Origin: the human T2T-CHM13v2.0 reference genome, Homo sapiens | Assembly: GCF_009914755.1 (NCBI RefSeq) | Contig: NC_060934.1 | Direction: 5' to 3' (one strand) | DNA: 64,000 nucleotides | Shown here: piece after piece, positions 17,621 through 30,480 of the stretch | Numbering within the stretch: position 1 is the first letter of the stretch | Layout: each line of letters opens with the position of its first letter | Position numbers and translations under genes: made by a program | Notes under the pieces: model-generated | What the model was told of the DNA's origin: nothing | Seen by the model: the letters and a program-made list of their open reading frames with translations, nothing else | Databases searched by the model: none

Positions 17621-18153
17621 TTTTCCTTTTTTGAGACAGGGTCTCACTCTTTAAAAGGCATAAACTCAGGATGAAGTTTACAAGAATGGAGGCACCAGTA
17701 ACATAGAATATGTAATATACTGTATACTATATAATTATAATATAAATCATATATAATTTATATTATAATTGTTATATAATATATTAATATAATTATATAA
17801 TAATTATAATATAAATAATATATAATATATAATTATAAATAATATGTAATTATATATTATATATTTATATGTTGGAGTGCAGTGGCACAATTTTGGCTGT
17901 AGTGCAGTGGGGGGATTTTGGCTTACTGCAGCCTCGACCTTCTGGGATCAAGTGATTCTCTCACTTCGGCCTCCCAAGGAACTTAGGACTATAGGCACAT
18001 GCCACCATACCCTGCTAATTTTTGTGTTTTTTTTGTAGAGACAGGGTTTCGCCATGTTGCCCAGGCTGGTCTTGAACTCCTGAGCTCAAGCAATCTACCT
18101 GTCTTGGCCTCCCAAAGTGCTGGGATTATAGGTGTGAGCCACTGCACCTGGCC
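17621..18153 (-). mobile_element. AluJ interrupted by a ~220-bp insertion (17651-17870)
   Basis: gagacagggtctcactct [insert] ttggagtgcagtggc...gagccactgcacctggcc. Confidence 0.88.
17700..17870. repeat. AT-rich low-complexity expansion
   Basis: tataattata/atataat motifs, nearly all A/T. Confidence 0.9.
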
Positions 18154-18679
18154 AACAATAGAATTTTGCAAGTTGGAAAGTAGATAAGGGAAATTGAACC
18201 CAACCTATATCAGCAGGAGGGAGAGCTGAGAACCAATCTGATTTATACTGGATAGTTCCCCAATGCCTGCGAGTTGGTAGCACAAGTACCTCTGAAAATA
18301 TCTCTGAAAGTTGTAAGACTTCAGATGCTATCTCTCATTCGACAACTTTGCTTACCACACTCTGGAGAAAGATTGAAAGTTTCTTTTGTTGGGAGCATAA
18401 GCCAGAGGATGTCTGGACTTGGGAATCCCAAAAATTGTTGAGGATGGGGTTCACCACAGGCAACTAGTAATTGAACATGCATATTAATCAAACATACACA
18501 TAGTGGATTTTGGGACATTCTTCACCCAATGCTCTTTGCCTCCTTGGCTGTTACGACTGTGGTAGCCAAGCCTTTATCCCTGAAGCAGGGGTTGAGAAGA
18601 CATTGACCAGACCAAAAGGAGAATTGAAAGTACTTCCCCTGAACTTCACGACTAGTTGGTCTGGCTAGATCACCTTATT

Positions 18680-20240
18680 GTGAAACTCCAGATGACAAGC
18701 CCTTTCCATTCCAGCCAAGAATAGAGAATAGTTCTCTATTCTTAAATGTGGGCAGAAATTTAAGGATTGCTTGATGTTTATGAGAAACCTCTAGCATGAA
18801 TGACAGAGATCAGAATAAACAAGAAAGAAAGGAAGAAACTTGGAGGAATCAGGGACTATGCTGGGAGAAGAAAACACAAAAAACCTAGTATTAATATCCT
18901 TGGAGAGATAAAACGAGATAGCATAGCACTGAAACAAGAACAGAATACCATATCATACGAGCAATATGTACAGAATAAGAAAAAAGCCCTTAAAAATTCA
19001 ACACATGAAATGAAAAATGTACAGGAGGCAATTTTCTTAGAAAGCAGAGTAAGAGAAGGCAAAGATATGGAAATGAGAGAGGGGAGAAAAAAGGAGCAGT
19101 CTCAGAGGTCCAACATAATTGAAGTTCTAGAGTAAAAGGAAGAAATGATAACTGGGAATTATTTCAGGAAATTGTTTTAGAACAGAGGGGCAAAAGGTTC
19201 CAGATTGAAAGATTCCACTAAATGTCTACCATTAAAATAGACTCACACCACCTCACATGGCTGTGAAATTTAAGAATACTAGGAGCTGGAAAAACATGGC
19301 AAACATACAGAATTGGGATTCAGAAGGGCCTCAGACTTCCAAATGGCAACATGGGAAGCTAGGATATACTGGAGCAACACCTTCAGAATTCTGAAAGGAA
19401 AAGTTCCTTAACCAAAAGTCTGTTACCAGCCAAAGAAGCAGTCAAGATTGAGGGAAGTGTGAAGATAATTGTAGGTATGAAATGTCTCAAAAATTTTACC
19501 ATCTTAGGTAACTACTGGAGGAGGAGTTCAGTGAAAACAAGAGAGTAAACCAGAAAGGAGATGTTCTCATTAGAGGGAAAGGGCATCTCCAGGGTCATGG
19601 GCGAGGGAGATCCCAGAAGGCAGCCTGGAGTGCCATCAGCCTGGAGTGGTTGGGAGAGAAAGCTCCAGGAGCATCTTCCCCAGCATGATGAAGGTGCTGT
19701 AACACCTGATGCATCTGGACATCTTGAGAGGTGACTTAAAAAATTGGCTAAGAAATTGTTATTGAATTATCAGTAGAGAATTCTTAACTCCTGGGAAAAT
19801 AAAAAACGTGTAGGAAAGAATTAGTTTTTTATATCTTACACAATTATAGCATGAGGAATATAATTATGAACACAAAATATGGTCTAACTCAAATACAACG
19901 TATCTATATTGGAAAAATGGAGGCAGGAATAGAAAGGGTCTATGCTTGTGGCACAGGAAGAGTGAACCACAGTAGGAAATCAATGGCTAATGCCTAAAAC
20001 TGAAAAATCAAGGGACATGGAGGAAAATACCAAAGCATCAGCTCAGAGAGATGGTGGAAGGAGAAATGAGGGGGAAAGAAAGGGAATAGAGATTTATTTT
20101 TGTAACCATAGAATTTCTTGATTCTTTAAAACATACATATATTTTAGGTAGTTACATATTTATTTTACATATTTATATATTCTTTAAAAAATATATAAAA
20201 CTTTGTAAAAAAAATAAAGAAGAAGGCTAAAAACAGATTA
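18680..20240 (+). mobile_element. HAL1/L1ME-like ORF1-derived ancient LINE fragment
   Basis: ttaatatccttggagagataa..tgaaacaagaacag; tcagacttcc..ggaagctag..ggagcaacaccttcagaattctga; ORF 18800-19135 ends in QRSNIIEVLE, resembling L1 ORF1 RxNlrliGvPE. Confidence 0.65.
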
Positions 20241-21860
20241 AAAACCTTGAGAGAAACATGCCAGTGGGATTATGGGTCCTGCCTCTTTATATAGTTTATA
20301 TTTCTCAAATTTCTACAGTGATCATATTTAGAATTTGAAAAAAAAAAATAACATTGATTGATGAGAATGATGGATGGGAATTCTCGGTAAGTCTCCCTGG
20401 AGTAATGCTCACAGTGACTCTCCCAAGGGAGGAGTTCTTAACTGCATCACAGAATTGCAGGAATTCAGGGACGGCAATGCATGGAGCACCTTGGGTCAGT
20501 TGACAAGTGACGAATGCCTGTGAGTCCTTCCCAGAATGGAGGGACCTGTGTTGCCCCCTCCTTGCTGCTGACCTCAGTGTTGACTCATCCCTGATGTTTC
20601 CTGGCTGTGAAGGGCACCCCCATTCCTCACCCTGGGTTGCTGTGCCAAGTGGTGTGTATTTAACTTCTTTAGAATCCTTCCTCATAAATCAGCCTGCCTC
20701 ACTCCTTCACTGTGGGAATGGCTTTTCTCTGCATTCCCTCCCACTAGGCCCTTGGTTTCAGGTAATGGCTCACTGAGACTGGGGAAGAACATGGGGCCAC
20801 TTGAAACAAAGAGTTGACATTCCTCTCCTCACCATTCCTGAGTGGTTTTATTGGGAGTGGAACCTAAAGGTGGGCTTCAGGGATTGATCCTGGAGGACAG
20901 GATCTCAGAAAACCATTGTTGCTGGTGCCTGGGCTCCTTGCCCCTTGTACTGAACTCTGTTGTCTATAGTTCCGGCACTATGGGCTTTTTGGTAACTAAT
21001 AGTTCACTATTAGCAATCTCAATGAGAATATTTATAATTTATTGAATGGGGACTATTTCAGGCTGTGTTATATATCATCTGTTGTCACAACAGCTCACAT
21101 TTCACATCTGGGAAGATAGAGGCTAAGCAAGGTCTGCTCTTTCACTGGGCATGTCTCTTGAGTGTCTGTGTGTGCCAGGCACTGTGCTGGTCTCTAGGGT
21201 TACAGTGGAGGCTGGGATATCACCAGCTCTTCCTTAATGTTGTTAGCCAGTGGGTAGACAGACACGACCACAGGGAGGTATAATACAGCAGGACGAGTGC
21301 TGAAGAGAGGTGGCAGAGGGGGTGGTTAACACAGTCAGGTGGTCGAGGAGAACTTGTTGGACAATGCAGGTTAGTTCTGAAGGATGAGGCGTTATTCCAA
21401 AAAAGAGGGAAGGACAGCTGGACAGCAGGAGCAGTGGGAGCTGCACTAAAGTTTCCCTTCCTTCACAGACTCGTGGTGAGTGTGGCCTTTTAGGGTCAGC
21501 AGAGTCTGAGCAAACCTGAGGGTCTCAACAGCCAGACCCTCCCAACCCTGTACTCCCATCCTTTGTTGCTTTGCAGCAGGAGCTGAGTGATTGGCACAAG
21601 AATATGTGGTGATGACTGGTTTGTTTTGTACAAAGCCTGGTTGTAAGTGCCACAGGGGTTTAAAAATGAGGTGGTGTTTGACCTTGGTTTTCTCTGGCTC
21701 TAAAGCCAGCACTCTTGTTCTCTGGACAGGGTCTTTTAATCACCTAGTGTATGTTCAGTTTTAATGTAGATACAAGAAATGAGACATACATTTCCTGCCC
21801 ACAAGGAATTTACAGTCCAGCTAGGCCAAAAGGAATTGGCCTTAGAAAGTAATCAGTGAT

Positions 21861-22144
21861 GCTAGGTGCGGTGGCTCTTGCCTGTAATCCCAGCACTTTG
21901 TGGGGCTGAGGCAGAAGAGTCACTTGAGCTCAGCCTGGACAACATGGCAAGACCCTGTCTCTTAAAAAAAAAAAAAATTGGTGTGCACCTGTAGTCCTAG
22001 CAACTCAAGAGGCAGAGGTGGGAGGATCACTCGAGCCCAGGAATTTGAGGCTGTGGTAAGCTGATTGCACCATTGCACTCCAGCCTGGCAGATAAGGGAA
22101 GACTCTACCTCAAAAGAAAGAAAGAAAAAAAAAAAAAAAAAAAA
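21861..22144 (+). mobile_element. AluJ with short internal deletions
   Basis: cctgtaatcccagcactttg..cttgagctc|agcctggacaacatgg; right arm and poly-A. Confidence 0.9.
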
Positions 22145-22784
22145 GGAAAGAGCCAGTGAGCAGTACAAGGGGGTGTTTAAAAATTTTCTTAAAGGAAACC
22201 AGTGTCCCCTTTTATGACCTCTTGGGCTGTTATTTGTCTTGTTGCTGTCTTCATTATTTTCCTAACATCTCAGATTTGTTTGCCTGCTAGAAGTTTGACT
22301 TTTCAGCCAGATCCCGAAGATCTTGGGGAGAGGTGACAAAGGCATTCCTGGTTGCCAGATTCCATCATGGTTCCACAGCCTCAGTTTCCATGTTTTTCTT
22401 GTGCCAAATTCTGGAATTTTTGATCCAGGCTGCTTGCTATCTTTGAGCATTTGGGGTTCTGAGTCCCCAGATGTAATTTTTGGGCCTGGGTGTTAACACA
22501 TTGAAGGCAGAGGAAAGGGCTTGGGGAAAGTGCCTTTTCTGCTGTTGGGAGAGACCAGTTTGCCAAACATCAGGCTCTGCTTTCTAGGGGCTGGAGGTGT
22601 ATTCGGGAGACATCCTCAGGTGTGCATGCTGGAGAGAGGACTGGTGGTGACATTGGAAAATCTTTCTAGCTAACTTTGTACTCTTATTCATTTCAGACTT
22701 TTTTTTGTTGAAGTCCTGCTTGAGTCATTCTCAGTATGGTTGAGACACACTGAGTTCTGCTTGAGTCATTCTCAGTAGGATGCA

Positions 22785-22945
22785 GACAACCTGCATCACT
22801 CAGATCCACTTTGTTAGAAATGTCGATTCCCTGACCCTACCCTAGACCTGGTGGCTCAGAGTCCCTGGGGTGGGACTCAGGAATCTGTATTTTTAATGAG
22901 CTCCGTGGTTGATCCTGATGTATATTCAAGTTTGAAACTACTGGT
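22785..22945. mobile_element. MER5A-like hAT-Charlie DNA transposon
   Basis: ttgttagaaatg..gggtgggactcaggaatctgtatttttaa..aagtttgaaactactg. Confidence 0.75.
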
Positions 22946-25900
22946 TTGTTTTGTATGAAGCCTGGTTTTGGGCACTGTAAGCAATTAAAAGATGTTTGTC
23001 CTTGCCATCAAGGGGCTCACTCTCTCGTGGGAGTGACAAACCTCAAATAGCTAAGTATAATATTAATACAAGACAGAACACAGCCACGTTTGTGGAGTAT
23101 GCCTTATTACTCAAAGAATGCATTTTATAGCAAGTTGAAAAGAAAGGTACTAGGCTGGTAAATTTTGAAAAGCATATCCTAGTTAGTGAGATTTTATGGA
23201 AAGAGAAGTCACCTGCAGAGCTGTAGAATATTCTGCGTTCTTTCAACTGAGAGGATAACAAAGAACATGGTAGGAGTTGGACTACATAAAAGTTAGTTTC
23301 AGTAAAGGCTGAGATATTAGTATATTTAGATACCACTCTTTGTTTACCCTTAAAATGGACTCCTCATTTTATAATGACATTTTAATGAGGAAAACCTATA
23401 TACAAATGAAATAGGTAGCAATTAGGGGTGGGGTAACCCAGGGTCTCTTTGGATCTACTTCAGGAAAAGGCTGACAAGGGAGCCTGGGAGAGTTTCGTGC
23501 AGCAGAGAAAGCATCAATCCTGGGTGGAAATTTTGAGTTATTTATAAATGAGTTTTTATGGGTCTGAGTAAGAGACACTTCTGGGCATACTCATATTTAT
23601 TGTTTCTCCCACTGACTTGGTTAAAAGTAGGTAAATAATAAATTATGTCATTGCACATCTATGTTTTCTTGTCTCTTGATGTGCAAGAGGACATCACTTT
23701 CTGGAAAATCATGGAGTGGGAAACTTTGAAGCTTATTCTCTGGTGTCTTGTGTTTGGGATCAGGCAGTTGTAGCAGTCTGCTGCTGAGTGAGCCTTTCCT
23801 TTCCCTTGCTATCACTGGGAGAGTTGGGCCCACTCAGAGGATGAGAGGAGAGAGAGAGTCAACGATATTCCACAGAGTGCAGAGAGAGTAACAATTAATT
23901 GCACCTCCTTGGAGGAGGTGACGTTTGGAGGGGACTTTGTCAAAAGACAAAATAAAATGTACATGCGATATGTGCAACATATGAGGACTCTATATTGCAA
24001 GTGACTCAAACTGGTTTCAACAGTAAAGGAAATCTATTGCCTAGGTGTTAGGGTAGCGTTCGGGGCAGGTGGGTGGATCCAGTGGCTCAGATGGTGTCCT
24101 ATAGAACCCAGTTTCAATCTTCCTTCTCTTGGCCATTCCTGGCATCAACAGGCTCTCTTCATGCTCTCTACATCAAAGGTCTCTGCACATGTAGCATAAG
24201 TTAGGTCTTTTACAGGGAATATAATATATGAGGGTGAGTATTTCAAGTGCCCTGATGCGCAATTGTGAGGTGCTTATAATGCAAACCTGTGTCTGTTTGA
24301 GATTCAATTCAGCAAATACCTTTGAACAGCTACTGGGTGCAAAGTGCTGTGTGTGGCAGTTAGTTGCCCATCACATTTGGTGGACAGTGGTCCTCCTGGG
24401 ACTTGCTGTCATGTGGTGTACTTTAAAACAGAAGTTAAGAAAAAACAGTGAAAAATGCTACCATTGAATTGGGTGGCATTTAAGACTGTTTCTAGCCGTC
24501 CTGACTCTTAGAACTTTTCTTTGCTTTCTCGGCAATATTGTGGGTGCATATATTTGGCAGGGGGGGATTCTAGGTTTATGAGTCAACCTGAGGAGTAAGA
24601 ATGGAAGATGACAATAGTTTCTGATCTTTAGCTTTTAAGTCAAGGACTGCTTTCCAAAATGTTCTTGGCAGGCAAGCTGCCTTTGAACATTGTTAGACAT
24701 AGACATAGCCTCAGAATAGCATCTGAATTACGATGTTTTTGTCTTCTTTTCCCCAACTTGTGATGGCTGATAGACAGAAAATGCTCATAAAACCTTGACT
24801 CAAACCACCAAATGGCTGAATAATTCAAGCTTGAGTTTTTTGAAGAATTTTGAATCCCAAAATAAGACTCCTAAGGAAATAGATATGATGTTTCTTTCTT
24901 CCTCCCCTTTTAAGCCTAATTAGGGTTTGTACTTAGGTAATGGAGGGTCAGATTCAGGGGAAAGTCTTGCTAGTATGAGCTTAAACTATACACCAGAATT
25001 TCTCTATACCCATAAGCTTCATTAAAAAAACGAAAACAAAACTCAGAACCCCAAATAAATAAAAACACATTTATTTGATGATGTCTCTGTCCACCATGAA
25101 GAGGCTTAGTGTTATGCTTGTTGTAGAAAAATATTTTGTGAATGTGTCTTACAATCTTTCACTATTTTTGGTAAAAGACAGTTCTTTTTATCTTCTAAAT
25201 TAGAAATTCATTGTCATGGATTTTTTGTTTTTGTTGCTTTCTTTAGCCTGTTTTTCAGGGATTTTTTTTTCCATATCAGGATTGCACTGTGATTGGAACA
25301 TTCTCACAAAGATTTCAACCAAGTTTTTCTTCTCAGGATTGACACACCATCAACAACCTGAAATAGTAAGCCTTTTCTGCTTTCTAATTTCCTCCCTAGA
25401 ATTCCAGTTGAGGTCCTTGTCTTTCCTTCAGCTTCTTTTACTTACTTACTTCTTATTTATTTATTTATTTATTTCTCTAGTCGTCCTTTTATGAAGTGCA
25501 CTGTCAGCAGCAGCTTAAAGATTTGTTATTCAAGCCATGAATCCCTCTGTGAAAGGCAAAAACTGAAATTTAGAGACTCTCTTGCTCTTTTATTTTCCCA
25601 TCTCAATTTCTTTTCTGTTCCTAGTGCATTTTGGGGCAGACAATGAGCCAACTAATGCAAATCACCCAGACCAAAGAACCCTTAGATCATTTCTGAAGAA
25701 CTTGAAGTGATCCTTGAAGAGAACTTTATTATTCAAGGTTTTCAGAATAAAACCTTAAAAAAAAATTGGGTGTGACTAAAGAAAATCAGGTAAGGGCCTT
25801 GTAGCCATTTTGGATAAAGTTGAAGTGGACTCATCTTTACAACTGGAACTGCTCTGCCTCAGGTTCCGGATGCCCCCTGCCCTGGGAGGAACAAGTGTTG

Positions 25901-26378
25901 CTTCTGCTTCTGGGAGGAGGCAGTGTGGTCTACTGGAAAGTGGACCAGGCCAGGAGGCAGTGATTAGAGCTCTTCTGAGCCATCTGTGCCATTAAATTGG
26001 CTGTATGACTTTGAGCAAGACTCTGAATTATTCTATGCAATCCTGTAGAATGAGAGGTTGGGTTGGCTGGTGTTCTGGATTGTGGGATGGAGGGGAAAGC
26101 CACCTCCTTATTGTCTGACCTGGCTGCTTGTCATTCTGCCTCAGCCATGCCGCCGTTGCTCTGTTCCTCTCCCACCCAGGCTTTGCTCACATTGGCCCCT
26201 GAGCTGCTGTTCTGCTTGCTCTGTATTGCCTTCTTTTTGTCTACCCAGATCTTAACCATCCTTGCAGGGCAGGTTCACATGACTCCAGGCCTTTCCTAGC
26301 TGCTCAGGTTCTTCTCAGAACAGCTATTGTACTCGGGGTCCATCCCATACTGCTCTACACAACTGTATATTGTATATA

Positions 26379-26621
26379 TTCTCAAACATGCCCCCTGGCC
26401 TGGCTCTGTGCTTGTCCTGTGTGTCCCCTCTATAGGATGCTCTCTCTGTCCTCCATCAAGTCCCAGCCTCTACCTCTTGAAAATCCTAACTATGTATATA
26501 CCCTGGTGGTTCATACACAGCTCACATGACTCTACTGAGGTATGCTCTTCTCTCTGTCCTCTTTAACCCAAAGTTGAGGGCTCATCACACCTGTTTGGGG
26601 TATATGTGTTCCTGCTCCACC
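26379..26621 (+). repeat. 243-bp direct repeat, copy A (pairs with 27892-28134)
   Basis: ttctcaaacatgccccctgg...cctgctccacc; about 6 substitutions by hand count. Confidence 0.96.
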
Positions 26622-26646
26622 CACTTGCTATTCTTTTATTGTAGCA

Positions 26647-26931
26647 TTTTTAGGAGATGGAGCCTCACTCTGCTGCCCAGGCTGGAGTGCAGTGGTGTGA
26701 TCATAGCTCGCTGTATACTTGAACTTCTGGGTTCTTGTCTCAGCCTCCCGAGTAGCTGGGGCTATAATTCTTAAATTAGTAGTAGCTGGGGATAATTCTT
26801 AAATTTTTTTTGTAGAGATGGGGGTCTTGCTATGCTGACCAGGCTGGTCTTGAACTCTTAGCCTCAAGTGATCCTCTTGTCTCAGCCTCCCAGATTGTTG
26901 GGATTACAGGCATGAGCCACTGTGCCTGGCC
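26647..26931 (-). mobile_element. AluJ with internal deletion and ~26-bp duplication
   Basis: Alu ends intact; agtagctgggg(ct)ataattcttaaatt at 26751 and 26781; TSD-like tg[t/a]agcattttt. Confidence 0.88.
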
Positions 26932-27399
26932 TACTGAAGCATTTTTGATCTAGGATCAGGCTTGCTTGACATTTAACTCTGAGAACTTTGAGGACAAAAA
27001 CAGTGTCCTCATTGTATCCCCCATACCACCCATCGTATGCTGGACAAATAACAGGTATCCTACTGGTGGTTGGTAATTAGACCTAGAATTGCCAGGGAGC
27101 ACAGATGCTCTGGTATTTCAGCTACTCCCTTGCCTTACGTTCCGGTCAAGAGTGAACTTTTATGCCCAAACTAGCTAAGAGACTATTTTCTTCTGTCACA
27201 CTATATGCTGAAGAGCTTTCTTTTTACTTTGTGTTCATTATTTTTGGGGGAAGGATTTTTCCACTTAGCTCAAAGCCTTGTCATTGCCTCATTATTATAA
27301 CGTGCAACCGCTGATGGAAGCATCTTTTCCATCACCTGGAGGCATTCCACTTGTGGCTACTTCTGGCTCAGCCCCTGAGAATACTCCTAAGGCAGGCCA

Positions 27400-27600
27400 T
27401 GTGGCTGAGAGGCTTGGTACTTCTGGGTTTAAGTTCTGCTCTGATTCTGCCTAGCTTTGTGTGACATCAGGCAAGTTGTTAAGTCTCTCTAAGCCTTGAT
27501 TTTCTCTCCCACAGCATTGTGATGTACCTACATCCCTGACTGTCAGGATTAAATGAGACCCTGACTGTACAGCTCTCAGCACAGTGCCTGGCATAATTTA
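27400..27600. mobile_element. MIR
   Basis: gtgtgacatcaggcaagttgttaagtctctctaagcct..aggattaaatgaga..agcacagtgcctggcata. Confidence 0.7.
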
Positions 27601-27891
27601 TCCTTGTTATCCTTGCTATCAAAGCCTGTATTGACTACCAAATGTATGAGGCCTGAGCCAGGCCCGTAAGGATGGAAGTTCAGATCTGGACAAATGTGTA
27701 AGGGATTTGCAGATGTGATCAAAGTATTGAAGTGAGCTTGGGTTGCTTGGGGGCCGGGGAGAGCATTTGCATTCATGACTGGGTGGAGTGAGTACCTCTT
27801 GGGTCCAGGGAGTTTAGAATTCTCAGCCTGGCATGCAGGCATTTAATCACTCCTATCTGTTTTTCCCCTCCTTTCTAGAGATGTTCCATAC

Positions 27892-28134
27892 TTCTCAAAC
27901 ATGCCCCCTGGCCTGGCTTTGTGCTTGTCCTGTGTGTCCCCTCTATAGGATGCTCTTTCTGTCCTCCATCAAGTCCCAGCCTCTACCTCTTGAAAATCCT
28001 AACCGTGTATATACCCTGGTGGGTCACACACAGCTCACATGACTCTACTGAGGTATGCTCTTCTCTCTGTCCTCTTTAACCCAAAGTTGAGGGCTCATCA
28101 CACCTGTTTGGGGTATATGTGTTCCTGCTCCACC
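27892..28134 (+). repeat. 243-bp direct repeat, copy B (L2-like sequence)
   Basis: Matches 26379-26621 at a constant offset of 1513. Confidence 0.96.
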
Positions 28135-28667
28135 ACAGTATACGGTTGGGGACTATTAGAGCTGGAGAGAATTTTGAGGTCTGAGGACACAGTTGCAAAT
28201 GAAACCTGAAGCTTTGTTAGCTCATCAGATATAAAGCAGATACTGATGAGGCCGCTGCATCGAAGGGGAGCCAAGACCCTATCTGCTATGTTGTCATTTC
28301 CCCTCCTAGAAGACCCTAGAAGCTTTGTGCTGCCCAGGGAGCTTTGCATAACACAGAGACTGAAAGCGGTGCAGCGATTTGGCCGAGTCCCTGCAGCAGT
28401 ACTTGAAACTGTATCTGGCCACCTGCTGCATCCTCTACCGCATTTCACATAGCATGCCTAGTGAGTGAATGTAAGGAATAATTAGGAAAGGTTAAGTGAT
28501 TTCCTAATGCATCTTCTATTTGCGATTCAAAAGATGTAAGTGGCAGTGTTGTCTCTTATGTAATCTTCACCCGTAGACTGTTCAAATCATAGGGAAAGGG
28601 TGAAAAATGGCAAAAAATGGCACTTCACTGAGCATGAAGTGAAAATGTCTCAGATGGGCATTGAGTA

Positions 28668-28705
28668 GTTTTGTTTGTTTGTTTGTTTGTTTGTTTGTTT
28701 GTTTT
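28668..28705. repeat. (GTTT)n microsatellite
   Basis: Direct read. Confidence 0.92.
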
Positions 28706-30044
28706 GTGTTTTTGGCTTTGACCTGTCATTTCTTAGCTTTCTCATCTATGCCTTTGTTAACTTGGGTCAGAGGAAAGGGTCTGTGTGATTTCAACAAGCA
28801 AGTATTAGGAAAAGGCTGGCAGAGAGACTTTATGCATGTTACCTAAGCTGGGATTTGATCTTCAGACCCCCAAGGTGAAAGGCTAATACCTTAATTTGTG
28901 TGTTTTATAAACATCCCCAGGCAATGACCTTCTGCTAGCCTCATGTGATATTCACATTCTACAGTACTGAATGCCAAATTTTCTGTCTTGGAATAGAGTG
29001 GTACAGGTTGCATGTTCAAGTTTAGAATCAGCAGGGTGCCATCCCTATATTAGTGTTGCTTGCATGCAATTGAGTGAAAGCTTTTTAGAGGATTTCCTGG
29101 CAGAATGGAATTTTTTATTTTAAGAGAATACATATCGTATGGTTTAAAACCAAAAAAACTTCTCTTCAATAGGACTTGTGTCCAACAATGTAAGGCATTT
29201 TCCCTTGCAGCTTTCCCTTTCCTAAAAGCTTTCCTTTAAGGGTCATCTTTATTTTTCTGGTGTCAGTCAAATTATTTTTCAGCAGAGCATGAAAACTGGA
29301 GATGGAGACCCTCCATGGCTGTGTGTTAGAACCACACTGAAAGTTTTTTGTTTTATGTAAATAGAGATTGATGGAACATTTTACACAGAGTACGGGCTTT
29401 TGACAAAAAGTATTGATGGTTGCTTTCAGTAAGTGTTACTTGAGATGACAGAACATTGCATTTTAAGATGAATTACATGAGGAACTCCCTCTTTGGGAAT
29501 GTCATACATTTTATTTCATCTGTTGTTTTATGAGAGAATGACTGAAGTCATGAATACCTTAGACTGAACTCTTTCCTTTGCACATTATAAGCCTCGGTTT
29601 GGTGCACTCTTATTTTAAATATTAAGTTATGGGGGAAATGTTTATACTGGCAAATAATATTGATAAAAATGCTTAAATGTTCAGAAGCAGAACATAACTT
29701 CTCACATGGTTTTCTCTTGCATGGTGGTGATTTGTAGGAAGCCTGGGAACCTGGTTAGAGTTAAATATATATTTTCAGAAAGATCTCAGAGATTTGGCTT
29801 AGTATAAATGGCTGTTTTTTTGTTGTTTTTGTTATTGTTGATGTATTGGCGATTTTCTCCCTCTGGCTGTATTTAGATTTCAAAAATGCTACATTTGCAT
29901 TCACTCCCTATAGCATTATTTGTTCTTGATGCAAGGGCTTAGAAGTCAGAGTCTGTCAGAGTCTTTTGGGTTTTAATTTTCTTTATAGCATTAATTCAGA
30001 GATATTAGCTTATCAGCACCCAGGGGTTAAAGGTTATTAACAGA

Positions 30045-30480
30045 TTCACTATATGTTTATTGAGCACCTATTACTATCTGTTCTAGGATCTGGGGGTATA
30101 GGCCTGATTCTCATGCTGCTTATAATCTAGTGAGGAGCAGAAATAATAACAGATAATAAAATTTCTGGTAGCAACATTATACCATATTGAAAATAAAGCA
30201 GGAGTAAAGGGTTAGGTGCCTCAGAAGTGGGTGTGGGAGCGTATTTTAGGTAGAGATGTCAGGGAGGGCTGCTCTGAGAAGTGACATTTAAGCAAAGAGC
30301 TGAAGGTGAGATAGCTTGTGCAAAGGTTTGGGAACCTGGCAGAGGGAACAGCAAGTGAAAAGGCCCTGGGGCCAGAACAAGCTTGGCATGTTTGAGTAAC
30401 AGCAAAGCAAGTACAACACCAATGGTGGGCATGCTCCAAGTTTGGGGATTGGCATGATAGGCTTATAGGAAGACCAGGCA
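30045..30480 (-). mobile_element. L2 fragment
   Basis: tttattgagcaccta..ctctgagaagtgacatttaagc..cagagggaacagcaagtgaaaaggccctgggg. Confidence 0.75.

Noticed and set aside
18800-19135. 111-aa coiled-coil-like ORF
   Set aside because: Decayed LINE ORF1-like sequence with no gene structure
20319-20392. Possible 68-nt exon (ctacAG ... CG|GTAAGT)
   Set aside because: Contains a poly-A run and has no other support; such site pairs are common by chance
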